IMG/VR virus record: IMGVR_UViG_3300017707_001269
Location: 1-43,715 of that record
DNA: 43,715 nucleotides
From: a virus
Taxonomy: Duplodnaviria; Caudoviricetes
Reading direction: 5' to 3' (one strand)
In this document: in pieces, positions 16,685 to 25,853 of the stretch
How positions within the stretch are numbered: the stretch's first letter is position 1
How the letters are laid out: each line of letters opens with the position of its first letter
Translations under genes and position numbers: made by a program
Notes under the pieces: generated by a model
The model's input: only the letters and a program-made list of their open reading frames with translations
Databases searched by the model: none
Told to the model about the DNA's origin: nothing

Positions 16685-18354
16685 TGCCCGCCATCACCTA
16701 TAACGAGTTCTCAGGAGGCCTGGACCGGCGCCTGAGCATCAACAGCCAAGACCCGAATAAGTTGTGGGCGCTGCAGAACGCCTATATCACGCTCGGCAAG
16801 CGCATTAAAAAGCGCCCCGGGCTTCGTCGCGTTGCCACAGGCCTGACGGGTTCCTTTGGCCTTGAGTCGGTCAGCGGCTCTCTCAAGGTGTTTTGTGACA
16901 CGACTGCGGTGTTTGTGCCGCCGGTAGTGGCCGGGCTGACCATCGACAGAGTGAATCTTGACATCCCCCCGGCGGGGTCAACGCTGGATAGGGTCTATTA
17001 CGCCGATCTGTTTCAGGGCTTCCTGTATGTGGTCGCGCGTTACGCCTCGGGATACCTCAAACACCACTATGTAGACGGCAAAACCGCAACAGTCACCATT
17101 AGCAACGCAACACCCGCGGTAGTGACCTGGGCTGCGCATGGCCTTACGGTCGGCTCTGAAGTGAAATTCAGCACTACCAGTGGATTGCCCAACCCCCTGG
17201 TGGCAGGAACGACCTACTACATCATTGCGGCCGGCTTCTTGCCTGGCTCTTTCCAGATTTCCGCCACTTTGGGCGGCGCTGCGATCAATACGACTACTGC
17301 AGGTTCTGGCGTCCATACGGGAACGACGCAAACCTATATCAGCGACCCAAATTGTCCGCACACCAACGGCGTGACCAAGGCGGCGAGCAGGGTGTTTGCG
17401 CCGTCCGCAGAGAACGCGCGCTATACCGCGGCCGGTAACGCACGGGACTGGACAACCGCAAGCGATGCGGGGTTCCTTCCGGCTGGACTGCAGCAAGACA
17501 CCAAGGGCCTGGTTCAAGCGCTGGGCACGTTTCAAGATAGCTTGGTGGTCTACTTTGACGACAGCGCGCAAATATGGACCGTGGCCGTTGACCCTACGGC
17601 AAACCAGATCAGCAAGCGGCTGTACGGCGTAGGAACTAAAGCGCCTATCTCAATCGCGTCATTCTTCAATGACCTGGTGTTTCTTTCTCCGTTCGGCTTC
17701 CGTTCCATGACCGTGCAGGCCCAGACCAATCGAATTGATGACTCCGATGTGGGCGTTCCTGTCGATCCTCTGGTGAAGCCCGACATTGCCTCGGTAGCCG
17801 CTACGACAGACCCCGAGGAAATCATGGGTGTTTGGATTGCGGAGTTCGGGCAGTACTGGGCGGTGATGGATCTGGGGGCCAACTCCAAGATATGGGTGTA
17901 CACCTTCAGCCGAAGCTCGAAAATCGCCTGCTGGTCTGAATACACCTTCCCGATTGAAATCAAAGCCATTGCCACTTTGGCTGGCAAGGTCTACTTGCGC
18001 GGTGCAGACATTCTCTATGAGGTGGACCCGCTCCAATACACCGATGATGGGACGCTGATTGACGTTGAAGTCCAGATGGCGTTTCAGGACGCAAAGAGCC
18101 CTGGAGTTGCAAAGCAGGTCTATGGCTCGGACTTCGTTACGGAGGGTTCGCCTTCTGTTTCGTACTTGTACGACCCGCGCGACACTAGCAAAGAGTCCAT
18201 CCCCATGGTAATTCCGGGAGACACCCGACCGGGCGATGTCATGCCCGTGGAAATCGTTGCGCCGGCCTTGGCCCCGGTGTTTCGGCACTCACTGGATGAG
18301 GCGATGAGTATTGACGCCATCACTCTTTATTTCAACTCGCTCGGCACGGTGTAA
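16684..18354 (+). CDS. Tail nozzle / DNA-stabilisation protein with inserted beta domain
   Basis: FSGGL...N......KRPG start typical of podoviral nozzles; insert TISNATPAVVT..AHGL..G. Confidence 0.75.
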   Translation: MPAITYNEFSGGLDRRLSINSQDPNKLWALQNAYITLGKRIKKRPGLRRVATGLTGSFGLESVSGSLKVFCDTTAVFVPPVVAGLTIDRVNLDIPPAGSTLDRVYYADLFQGFLYVVARYASGYLKHHYVDGKTATVTISNATPAVVTWAAHGLTVGSEVKFSTTSGLPNPLVAGTTYYIIAAGFLPGSFQISATLGGAAINTTTAGSGVHTGTTQTYISDPNCPHTNGVTKAASRVFAPSAENARYTAAGNARDWTTASDAGFLPAGLQQDTKGLVQALGTFQDSLVVYFDDSAQIWTVAVDPTANQISKRLYGVGTKAPISIASFFNDLVFLSPFGFRSMTVQAQTNRIDDSDVGVPVDPLVKPDIASVAATTDPEEIMGVWIAEFGQYWAVMDLGANSKIWVYTFSRSSKIACWSEYTFPIEIKAIATLAGKVYLRGADILYEVDPLQYTDDGTLIDVEVQMAFQDAKSPGVAKQVYGSDFVTEGSPSVSYLYDPRDTSKESIPMVIPGDTRPGDVMPVEIVAPALAPVFRHSLDEAMSIDAITLYFNSLGTV

Positions 18355-18356
18355 GA

Positions 18357-18821
18357 ATGGAAATGCGCTCCCTAAGCCTGGTTGCTGCGGTGAGCGTAGC
18401 AACGCGCATGAGGGAAATGGACTGGGAATGCCTGCGCGCCGTAACCACGATAGAGAGCCCGGAGATTTTCGGGCTGAATCGCTGGCAAACAGACGGGGCA
18501 GCATGGGCGCTTTTCAACGACTTTGATGAGCCCGTTGCCATTGGTGGGCTCAGTCAGTCGGTCCCGTGGTGTGCCACTGCCTGGATGGTCGCCACTGACT
18601 CAATGGACACAGCATCATGGAAAAAACTTGTCAGGCACAGCCGTACAGTCTTTCGTAACGCTGCAAAGACGATCCCGCGCATCGAAGCCCAGATTCTGGG
18701 CACTTGGACGGAAGCGGAGAAGTTCGCCAAGCACCTGAGATTCGAGTTTGAGGGCGTCCGCCGACGCGCAGGCCGGGAAGGCCGGGACATTCTTACCTAC
18801 GTCTATCAGGGGAACTCATGA
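18357..18821 (+). CDS. GNAT-like protein (T7 gp13-like position)
   Basis: MRE.D..C...AWMVAT...AEKFAKHLRFEFEG. Confidence 0.65.
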   Translation: MEMRSLSLVAAVSVATRMREMDWECLRAVTTIESPEIFGLNRWQTDGAAWALFNDFDEPVAIGGLSQSVPWCATAWMVATDSMDTASWKKLVRHSRTVFRNAAKTIPRIEAQILGTWTEAEKFAKHLRFEFEGVRRRAGREGRDILTYVYQGNS

Positions 18822-19126
18822 ACATCACGCCAATTGGCCTTGACCTCAACACTGGCGGCGCTTCTACTGAAGTCGTCCTTTCTGCCGCGTCTGCGCAGGG
18901 CCCGGTCGTCACCCTCCCAACCAATCACCCGCCCGGGGTGCCTGTCAAATGCTGGATCACCACGGACGTGGTTTGCTGGATTCGCAAAGGGTCAAACCCC
19001 GTTGCCGTGAGCGGGACGGATCAGAAGCTGGCTGTCGGTTCGTGGCGTGTCGAGTTGCTTGTTGGTGAACGCATCGCGGCTATTGCGGGCGGCGCTGGCA
19101 CTCTCAACTTCACCCAAAATTCCTAA
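18818..19126 (+). CDS. Hypothetical virion-associated beta protein
   Basis: Coupled ORF; beta-strand-rich. Confidence 0.65.
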   Translation: MNITPIGLDLNTGGASTEVVLSAASAQGPVVTLPTNHPPGVPVKCWITTDVVCWIRKGSNPVAVSGTDQKLAVGSWRVELLVGERIAAIAGGAGTLNFTQNS

Positions 19127-19135
19127 GGAGCGAAT

Positions 19136-19951
19136 ATGGGCGGCGATGGCGGTGATAACGGCGCACAAGCGCGGCAACAAGCAACGGAGCAGAACAAGCA
19201 GCAGGCGCGTGACCGGCTGAATGCTCAGTTCGGCATTGGCGAGCCCGCGGCAGTTATCGACCGTTCAAAATATACGATCAAGGGCACCCCATCAACTGAG
19301 GGTGGATGGGAAACCGACGGCGGTAGTACTGATTGGAAGCGGTGGGTGCCAACTACTGAAGCCGGGCCGGATCAATTCGACCAGGCCGGTTATGACGCCG
19401 AAGCCGCGACCTTCACCGGAAACAAGGCTGCGCGCGATACCCTGTACAACACTGTGCGTGAAAACAGCTTTAACGCTGGCAAGCGTGGTCTTGACGAGGG
19501 CCGCGACGAAGCTGCGCGCAAACTCAAGTTTGAATTGTTTGCCAAGGGCCTGAATGGTGGATCTGAGGACATCAACCAGAACGCCCTCCTTGGCCGCACC
19601 TACCAGCAGGGTCTTCTCGATCTTGGCGGTAAAGCGGACGCGGCAAAAGCCTCTTTCCGTGGAAACGACGAATCCACGCGGCTGGGCCTGCTGCAATCTA
19701 TTGATGCCGGCATGGATCAGGGGTCTGCCCTGAGTTCGGCTATCCAGCAAATGCAGGTCAATGGCGACAAGGCCGCAGCGGAGGCGCAAGGAACGTCGCT
19801 GGGCGATCTGTTTGCAAACACCGGCCTGATTTACAACAAGAGCCAAGCTGCTCAAGGCAAACAAGCCGGCGCCGAGTGGTGGAATAACTACAACCCCGCG
19901 GGCGGGCGTAGCTCCAAGACTTCTACCGGCATGATTACGGGGGTCCAATAA
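19136..19951 (+). CDS. Putative internal virion / DNA ejection protein
   Basis: MGG start, Gly/Ala/Gln-rich, position. Confidence 0.7.
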   Translation: MGGDGGDNGAQARQQATEQNKQQARDRLNAQFGIGEPAAVIDRSKYTIKGTPSTEGGWETDGGSTDWKRWVPTTEAGPDQFDQAGYDAEAATFTGNKAARDTLYNTVRENSFNAGKRGLDEGRDEAARKLKFELFAKGLNGGSEDINQNALLGRTYQQGLLDLGGKADAAKASFRGNDESTRLGLLQSIDAGMDQGSALSSAIQQMQVNGDKAAAEAQGTSLGDLFANTGLIYNKSQAAQGKQAGAEWWNNYNPAGGRSSKTSTGMITGVQ

Positions 19952-20598
19952 TGGGGCCGCAAATGATCCCGATGGTTATTGCGCTGGCAGGGACAGCGGC
20001 GCAGATGAGCGCGCAGGCGGATGAGCGCGATGAACGGCGCAAGACCCTGAACAATCAGCTTGAGCGCGACGAAACCGCGACGAAAAAATCCATTGATCTG
20101 GTGCAAAAGGAGGGCCAGAACTACGGTATGGACGAACGCCTGGCCGCCATGAAAGCTCAAGAGGAGCAAGGTTTTGGACAGACTCAGGCCGATATGCAGG
20201 GGGCTGGTGGCGCCACGGTGAACACGGCCGGCGATGCTGGCAACGTCAGCGAGGACTTCATTAAGGGCAAGGCTGAACGCGCAGTGACTGAAGGCACCCG
20301 GCTTACGTCTATCGCCCGTGAAGCCGCCAAAACCCGCGCGCCGGGATCTTTGATGAACGAGGATGCACTTCGCCGCGCAGGAATGGCCGGAGGGCTCCAA
20401 AGCCTTTGGGGTACTACCTCGAACATGGCGCGCGCCACGGGAAATGATGCCGCCGCGGTACAGGCCCCGGCATATGGCGCGCTTGGCTCCATCGCTTCAT
20501 CTATTGCCCCGGCTATGGGTAGTGGTGCCGGGTCTGGCGTTAGCTGGGACGCTGATGGCTCCTATGGTCGTAAATATGCCCGCGGCATTGGGATGTAA
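19951..20598 (+). CDS. Putative DNA ejection protein
   Basis: Hydrophobic N-terminus, helical Ala/Gly-rich body. Confidence 0.7.
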   Translation: MGPQMIPMVIALAGTAAQMSAQADERDERRKTLNNQLERDETATKKSIDLVQKEGQNYGMDERLAAMKAQEEQGFGQTQADMQGAGGATVNTAGDAGNVSEDFIKGKAERAVTEGTRLTSIAREAAKTRAPGSLMNEDALRRAGMAGGLQSLWGTTSNMARATGNDAAAVQAPAYGALGSIASSIAPAMGSGAGSGVSWDADGSYGRKYARGIGM

Positions 20599-20600
20599 AC

Positions 20601-21968
20601 ATGGCCACCTTTAGCGCGGCAGCTTTCAAGAACGCAGCTCCTGGCCTTGGCGCGCTTGCCCAAGCCATCGGCGGAGGTCCTGGCGGGGCCTATGAGTCGG
20701 CAAGGGCGGGTGAAATCAATCTGCAGTCGAAGCTCGCACCGGCACTCGCGGCGACTCAGGCCAGCGAAGCAACCGCGCGCCTGAACTCGGCTAAAGCCAC
20801 GGGGGCAGAGGAGCAAAACGCATTGGGCCGGCCAGAAGCGCTGCGCCGCAATGCAATGTCTTCCTATGGCATCCCTTTGGAAGAAGAAGGGGCTGTCAAT
20901 AACTATTTTCAGACCGGTGAGCTGGGCGGGAAGTATGCCGCGCCAATTGATGGTGTCGGCCCGGTAGCTCCGGCCCCGGATTGGTCTAAAAATCTCGGTG
21001 ATGTGGCCCGCGCGATCAGTGGCGTGCAAACAGCCCTGACTATCGGCGACAAGAGCAGTGAAAACATCGCCAAGGCTGGTGCAATCAACCGTGAAAGCCG
21101 CCTTTCAGACGCGATCATTGCAGGCACGGCAAACCGCAACGCGGTCGGCGGCGCTCAGGCGGCAGTCGCAGGCAAAGACCTGTACAACCGCGATGCAACC
21201 GGCTCAGTGCTAGATCAATTCACGGGCGCGCTGGACACGTCTAACCCGCTGGCGACCTCGACAATCAACCTGCGTAAAGAGCAGGCCGGCGCACAGAAGG
21301 CCAATGCTGCGCAAAGCTACGCATCGGCTGGCAACAGCAATGCGTCAGCCGCGAAGACGCGCCAAGACATGGGCCGCGGCGTACTGGTTCAAACGGCCGA
21401 TGGACCGGTGTTCGCCAACCCGCGTGATGGCACGGGCATTCCTGTGATGATTAACGGCGCCCCGGCAAAGCCTGCGAAAGGCAAGGGCGCTGTCGCTATG
21501 TCTTCGGTGCTTCAAAAGGAACTCATCGAGGCTGATGACATCGCCAATACAGCCACTCAGACGGCGGCGACTCTCAGGAAGGCCCTGGACCTCAACAAAA
21601 AGGCCTATGAAGGCTATGGTGCATTGATGCGCGCTCGGGTTACGAGCAACTTCAAAGACTCTGACAGCGCTAACGCCACCATCGACTTGAACAACATGAT
21701 TGGCGAACAGGCGCTGAGCGGCATGAAAGCCCTCTTTGGCGGGAACCCAACCGAGGGCGAGCGCGCTATTCTGTTGGACTTGCAAGCATCCGCAGACAAA
21801 ACGCCTGCTCAGCGCAAATCCATCATTGACCGCGGCATTGCAGCCGCAGAACGCCGTGCGGGACTCAGCAAGGAGCGCGCGAAGGCGATTCGCTCCGGCT
21901 CGTATCTGAGCGAGGAGGCTGACCCCGCAGAGGCGACCATCCCTAAATCCATTGTTGTGGACTACTGA
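20601..21968 (+). CDS. Putative DNA ejection protein
   Basis: Ala-rich helical; FGGNPTEGER motif. Confidence 0.7.
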   Translation: MATFSAAAFKNAAPGLGALAQAIGGGPGGAYESARAGEINLQSKLAPALAATQASEATARLNSAKATGAEEQNALGRPEALRRNAMSSYGIPLEEEGAVNNYFQTGELGGKYAAPIDGVGPVAPAPDWSKNLGDVARAISGVQTALTIGDKSSENIAKAGAINRESRLSDAIIAGTANRNAVGGAQAAVAGKDLYNRDATGSVLDQFTGALDTSNPLATSTINLRKEQAGAQKANAAQSYASAGNSNASAAKTRQDMGRGVLVQTADGPVFANPRDGTGIPVMINGAPAKPAKGKGAVAMSSVLQKELIEADDIANTATQTAATLRKALDLNKKAYEGYGALMRARVTSNFKDSDSANATIDLNNMIGEQALSGMKALFGGNPTEGERAILLDLQASADKTPAQRKSIIDRGIAAAERRAGLSKERAKAIRSGSYLSEEADPAEATIPKSIVVDY

Positions 21969-21969
21969 T

Positions 21970-23883
21970 ATGCCATACAGCATCACCACAAAAGACGGCA
22001 TCACGATCAACAACATCCCAGACGATGTGCCGCAGGATTCGCCTGACCTTAAAGCGCGGGTGGCGCGCGCTCGCGCGGAGGGTGGGGGCAAGCCGGCCGC
22101 TGTCGCTCCGCCTCCCATGCAAGCTGGCGCGGATGACCCAGGCTCGATGATGGCGGCATTAATTGGCGCGGGCCGCACAACAGACCAAATCATTGACGGC
22201 ATGAAGCAGCTCGGCTTCAACCTGACCGGAAATCGTGAGGCGCTGGACAAGCTCGCAACCGAACAGGGCGAAAAAGCCGGGCTGTACAAACCATTGCAGG
22301 AGCAGCACTCTATTGCCACCGCGATAGGTGAGGCGGCGCCGGGTCTGGTAATTCCCGTGGGCGGTGCTGTGGGCGTAGGCGCGAATGTCGCACGCCTTGC
22401 CGCGGCAGGTGCATTGCCTGGCGTTCTGGAATATGGAAGTGCTGGAGAGCGCGCAGGTCGTGCCGCTGTTGGCGGGGCATCTGGTGTCGTTGGCGGGGTA
22501 GTGGCTCCCGCGGCGGGGCGGGCCGTGGCAAAGGCGGTCCCGGCTATCGGTCGTACCGCAAAAGCAATCGCGGAGCCGTTGTACGCAGGCGGGCGCGCAG
22601 CCATTGCTGGGCGTACTTTGACCCGTGCAGCCGGTGATTCGGCCCAGGACGTTATTCCGCGCATGGCCAATGCAACACAGCTTGTAGTTGGCTCCGCTCC
22701 AACTGCGGGGCAAGTGGCTGAAAACGGCGGTATTGCCGCCCTTGAGCGGGCAATTGCATCAAAAAATCCAGCCGACTTCGGGGTGCGAGGAATGGAGCAG
22801 GCAGCGGCGCGCACCGCGGCGCTTCGAGGGATTGCCGGTGATGACGTTGGCCGGGCAGCAGCCGTTGCAGCCCGCAAATCCACGAGTGCACCGCTTTATA
22901 ACGCCGCGGCAGCACAGGAAGTACCTGTTGACAAGGCGCTGAGTGATTTACTGGGCCGTCCATCCGTACAGAAGGCTTTCGCTCGCGCCGAGAAGATCGC
23001 CCAGGAAGAGGGGCGCGCTTTCGGGTTCGCACCATCAAAGAGAGTTCCCGATTCCGCAATTCTTGATGCTTCCGGCGCGCCAATGACGGCTGGCTATGAA
23101 ATCCCCGGCAAGGTGAGCGGGCAGACATTGCAAGACTTGAAGATGGGTATGGACGCATTGCTGAAAGACCCGACCAGCGGAATTGCTGGCAAAGAGGCCG
23201 ACCTGGTGGCCGCCACCCGCGGGCAGTTGATGAACTGGATGGAGGGCCGCATTGGTGGGTTGAAGGACGCGCGCACTACCTACCGCGACCTTTCAAAGCC
23301 CATTAACCAGATGGACATCGGAAAGAACCTGCTAGACAAGCTCGAGCCGGCGCTGAACGATTACGGCGGCCTTGCCAAGGAGACGGGCGCAAAGTACGCG
23401 CTTGGTCTGCGCAACGCAGATCAAACGGCTCGCCAGGCAACCGGCTTCAAGGGTGCTGGCATGGCCGACATCATGGAGCCGCAACAAATGCAGGTTCTGG
23501 AGGGCATCGCAGGTGACTTGGCGCGAAAGGCCAATGCTCAGGAGCTGGGGAAAACAGCGGGTTCCAACACATTCCAGAACTTCGCAATGGACAACATCGC
23601 ATCACAGTCGGGCTCGCCCGGAGTGGTGGGCGGCATCCTGAATGCTCCCGGCGTAGGGAGGGTCTCCAAATTCCTCTATGCAAAACCAGAGGAAGAGATT
23701 CAATCGTTGATTGCTAAATCTATCCTTGACCCGCAATTCGGCGCCGGGCTCATGCAGAAGCACGCGGCGACCATGGCGGCTCCGAATTCGTTCAAAGATG
23801 TGCTATTTGCGAATCCTGCGCGCGCTACCCAACTTCTCGGGGGTGGGGCGGGTATGGCGGCGGGTAATCTTTTCGCGCAGTAA
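21970..23883 (+). CDS. Large DNA ejection protein
   Basis: 637 aa, Ala/Gly-rich, PLY..A and GSNTF motifs of podoviral ejection proteins. Confidence 0.75.
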   Translation: MPYSITTKDGITINNIPDDVPQDSPDLKARVARARAEGGGKPAAVAPPPMQAGADDPGSMMAALIGAGRTTDQIIDGMKQLGFNLTGNREALDKLATEQGEKAGLYKPLQEQHSIATAIGEAAPGLVIPVGGAVGVGANVARLAAAGALPGVLEYGSAGERAGRAAVGGASGVVGGVVAPAAGRAVAKAVPAIGRTAKAIAEPLYAGGRAAIAGRTLTRAAGDSAQDVIPRMANATQLVVGSAPTAGQVAENGGIAALERAIASKNPADFGVRGMEQAAARTAALRGIAGDDVGRAAAVAARKSTSAPLYNAAAAQEVPVDKALSDLLGRPSVQKAFARAEKIAQEEGRAFGFAPSKRVPDSAILDASGAPMTAGYEIPGKVSGQTLQDLKMGMDALLKDPTSGIAGKEADLVAATRGQLMNWMEGRIGGLKDARTTYRDLSKPINQMDIGKNLLDKLEPALNDYGGLAKETGAKYALGLRNADQTARQATGFKGAGMADIMEPQQMQVLEGIAGDLARKANAQELGKTAGSNTFQNFAMDNIASQSGSPGVVGGILNAPGVGRVSKFLYAKPEEEIQSLIAKSILDPQFGAGLMQKHAATMAAPNSFKDVLFANPARATQLLGGGAGMAAGNLFAQ

Positions 23884-24024
23884 GGCGAACTTGAGCCGGA
23901 TCTTGGGGTAGACGTTGCGCTGCACCCAGCCATCAACGATATTCACGCCCAACCAGAAAACGCAGCCAATGGCGACTACTAGGCCAGTCGCTATGGCGCG
24001 CAAAACATCGTGGTCTAAATCCAT
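23803..24024 (-). CDS. Counter-oriented single-TM protein (moron, possible superinfection exclusion)
   Basis: One TM segment and basic tail; TATATT -10 just upstream of ATG. Confidence 0.55.
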   Translation of the reverse strand: MDLDHDVLRAIATGLVVAIGCVFWLGVNIVDGWVQRNVYPKIRLKFALLREKITRRHTRPTPEKLGSARRIRK

Positions 24025-24047
24025 GCATCAATATAACCGATTCATGG

Positions 24048-24085
24048 AAAAAACTTAAGAGGCTAAAAAGCCCAATAGGGGTATG
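24048..24085 (+). promoter_or_regulatory. Conserved late-promoter-like element, copy 2
   Basis: AAAAAACTTA-N12-GCCCAATAG-GGGT-ATG. Confidence 0.65.
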
Positions 24086-24622
24086 GCCCAACCAACTCCA
24101 TACGCCCCAACCTCCAATTTCGCGGAGGACGAGAGATCGAATGCCGGAGGGCGCTCGACGGTCAGAACCGACCGCGTTGATGCTGAATTCGAGGCCATCG
24201 AAACAACCACCAGTGAGATTTTGACCAACCTCGCCATCATCCAACGCGATGACGGCAAGCTGGCCGATGGGCTGGTGGAGTATTACAACCTAAGCGCCGC
24301 CGCACGCGCTGCGCTACAGGCCACCAAATGGACCTCCCGCGGCCTTTGGGCTACAGCTACGGCCTATGTCGTCAATGACATGGTTGACGTGAACGGGTCG
24401 GCCTACATCTGCGCCATCGCCCACACATCCGGAGTGTTTGCCGCTGACTACGCGGCTGGCAAATGGCAGATTTTCGTAACTGCTAACAGTGCAGGCGGAC
24501 AAGCATTCACCCCTACGGCCACCATCGTGGCAACCAACACCCAGGCCGCAATTGAGGAGGTTGATACCAAGCTCCGCGCCGCCTCCTTGCCAGTCCTTTC
24601 CGCTCTTTATGGAGGCATCTAA
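24083..24622 (+). CDS. Tail fibre-associated protein
   Basis: VDAEFEAI anchor-like N-terminus; W.....Y.V.D.V...G..Y.C...HTS CBM5/12-like unit; NTQAAIEEV. Confidence 0.7.
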   Translation: MAQPTPYAPTSNFAEDERSNAGGRSTVRTDRVDAEFEAIETTTSEILTNLAIIQRDDGKLADGLVEYYNLSAAARAALQATKWTSRGLWATATAYVVNDMVDVNGSAYICAIAHTSGVFAADYAAGKWQIFVTANSAGGQAFTPTATIVATNTQAAIEEVDTKLRAASLPVLSALYGGI

Positions 24623-25032
24623 TGTCCGCAACCCCCTCATTCATTACCACGCCAAAAACCCCGGCCGTTGCCTTTGCTAACGCTGATGGCACGGCTTACA
24701 AGACCGTGCTTGCTGCTGGGTCGAACGGGTCACGAGTCGATACTCTTTTTGGAAGCAACACCGATACCGCTGTAACGACCGTGGTGCAACTTGCGCTCAC
24801 CAAGTCGGCAGTGGATTACGTGATCGGCGAAGTTTCGATTCCAGCCAACGCGGGCACAAACGGCGTTGTCAAGTCGGTCGCGATGCTTAATCCGACTGAT
24901 ATTCCAGGCCTGACCTATACCGAGAACGGCGCGATCTACCTGGAGACTGGCGTATCGCTGCGCGCCCGGTGCAAGGTAGCCGTCGCCGGGGTGTTCGCGG
25001 TGCAGATTTGCGGCGTAGCCGGGGACTATTGA
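24622..25032 (+). CDS. Tail-associated beta protein
   Basis: TAATG coupling; beta-rich, ends GDY. Confidence 0.7.
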   Translation: MSATPSFITTPKTPAVAFANADGTAYKTVLAAGSNGSRVDTLFGSNTDTAVTTVVQLALTKSAVDYVIGEVSIPANAGTNGVVKSVAMLNPTDIPGLTYTENGAIYLETGVSLRARCKVAVAGVFAVQICGVAGDY

Positions 25033-25033
25033 G

Positions 25034-25831
25034 ATGCTGCCGGGGCTCGATGCTTCCCCGTTGAAGCGGGAATTCAAAAAACTGGTCAAGCGCGCTCTTG
25101 CGGCTTTCACAACCGCCGAGAACACCGCGCTTCGCATTTCGCTGGGTGCGGTCACGGCATCAGAGGTCTCCAGTACCGGCAACCTGCTCATCAATGGTAA
25201 TTTCAACATCAATCAGCGCGTCTATGTGAGTGGTGTTGCGACGGTTGGGGCCAACCAATACACACTTGACCGCTGGCGTGTTGTGACCTCAGGGCAGAGC
25301 CTAACTTTTGCAGCCTCAGGCAATGGCAATCTCGTAACCGCTCCAGCCGGCGGGATTGAGCAAGTGATAGAAGGCGCAAGCATCGGACTCGCTCCAGCGG
25401 TAATCAACTGGGTCGGCACGGCGACGTGCACAGTTGATGGAGTTGCAAAAACGAAGGGTGCTGCCGTCACTCTTGTGCCTGGAACCAATTGCACGGTGAA
25501 ATTCACGAGCGGCACGGTTAGCCAGGCGCAGCTTGAATATGGGACAACTGCAACGTCATTCCAATTTAGGCAAATCAGCGATGAGTTGGCGCTGTGCCAG
25601 CGTTACTACGAGACGGTAGAGATGGGCTTGGTGGTGAACGGCTCCCCCATCGTAGCTATGTCCAATAACTATATCGTACCGAAAAGGGCTGTTCCGACTT
25701 TGGCTCGCCTTGGCAACGGTCTCGCCGGTGCCACCGCGCCGACAACTCTCACCACCACGGCCACCGGTTATTACTTCGAGCGCGCAGCTGCCAACGCTGG
25801 CGGCCTTTACAGCGTAACCGCAGAACTCTAA
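25034..25831 (+). CDS. Tail fibre protein
   Basis: NLLINGNF.INQR...YTLDRW...QLE.GT.AT.F..R....ELALCQRYY. Confidence 0.75.
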   Translation: MLPGLDASPLKREFKKLVKRALAAFTTAENTALRISLGAVTASEVSSTGNLLINGNFNINQRVYVSGVATVGANQYTLDRWRVVTSGQSLTFAASGNGNLVTAPAGGIEQVIEGASIGLAPAVINWVGTATCTVDGVAKTKGAAVTLVPGTNCTVKFTSGTVSQAQLEYGTTATSFQFRQISDELALCQRYYETVEMGLVVNGSPIVAMSNNYIVPKRAVPTLARLGNGLAGATAPTTLTTTATGYYFERAAANAGGLYSVTAEL

Positions 25832-25853
25832 CCGCGACATTAGGACGCATCGC

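Noticed and set aside
21345-22883. 512-aa minus-strand ORF
   Set aside because: Antisense shadow of Ala/Gly-rich ejection genes in GC-rich DNA; no motifs or SD
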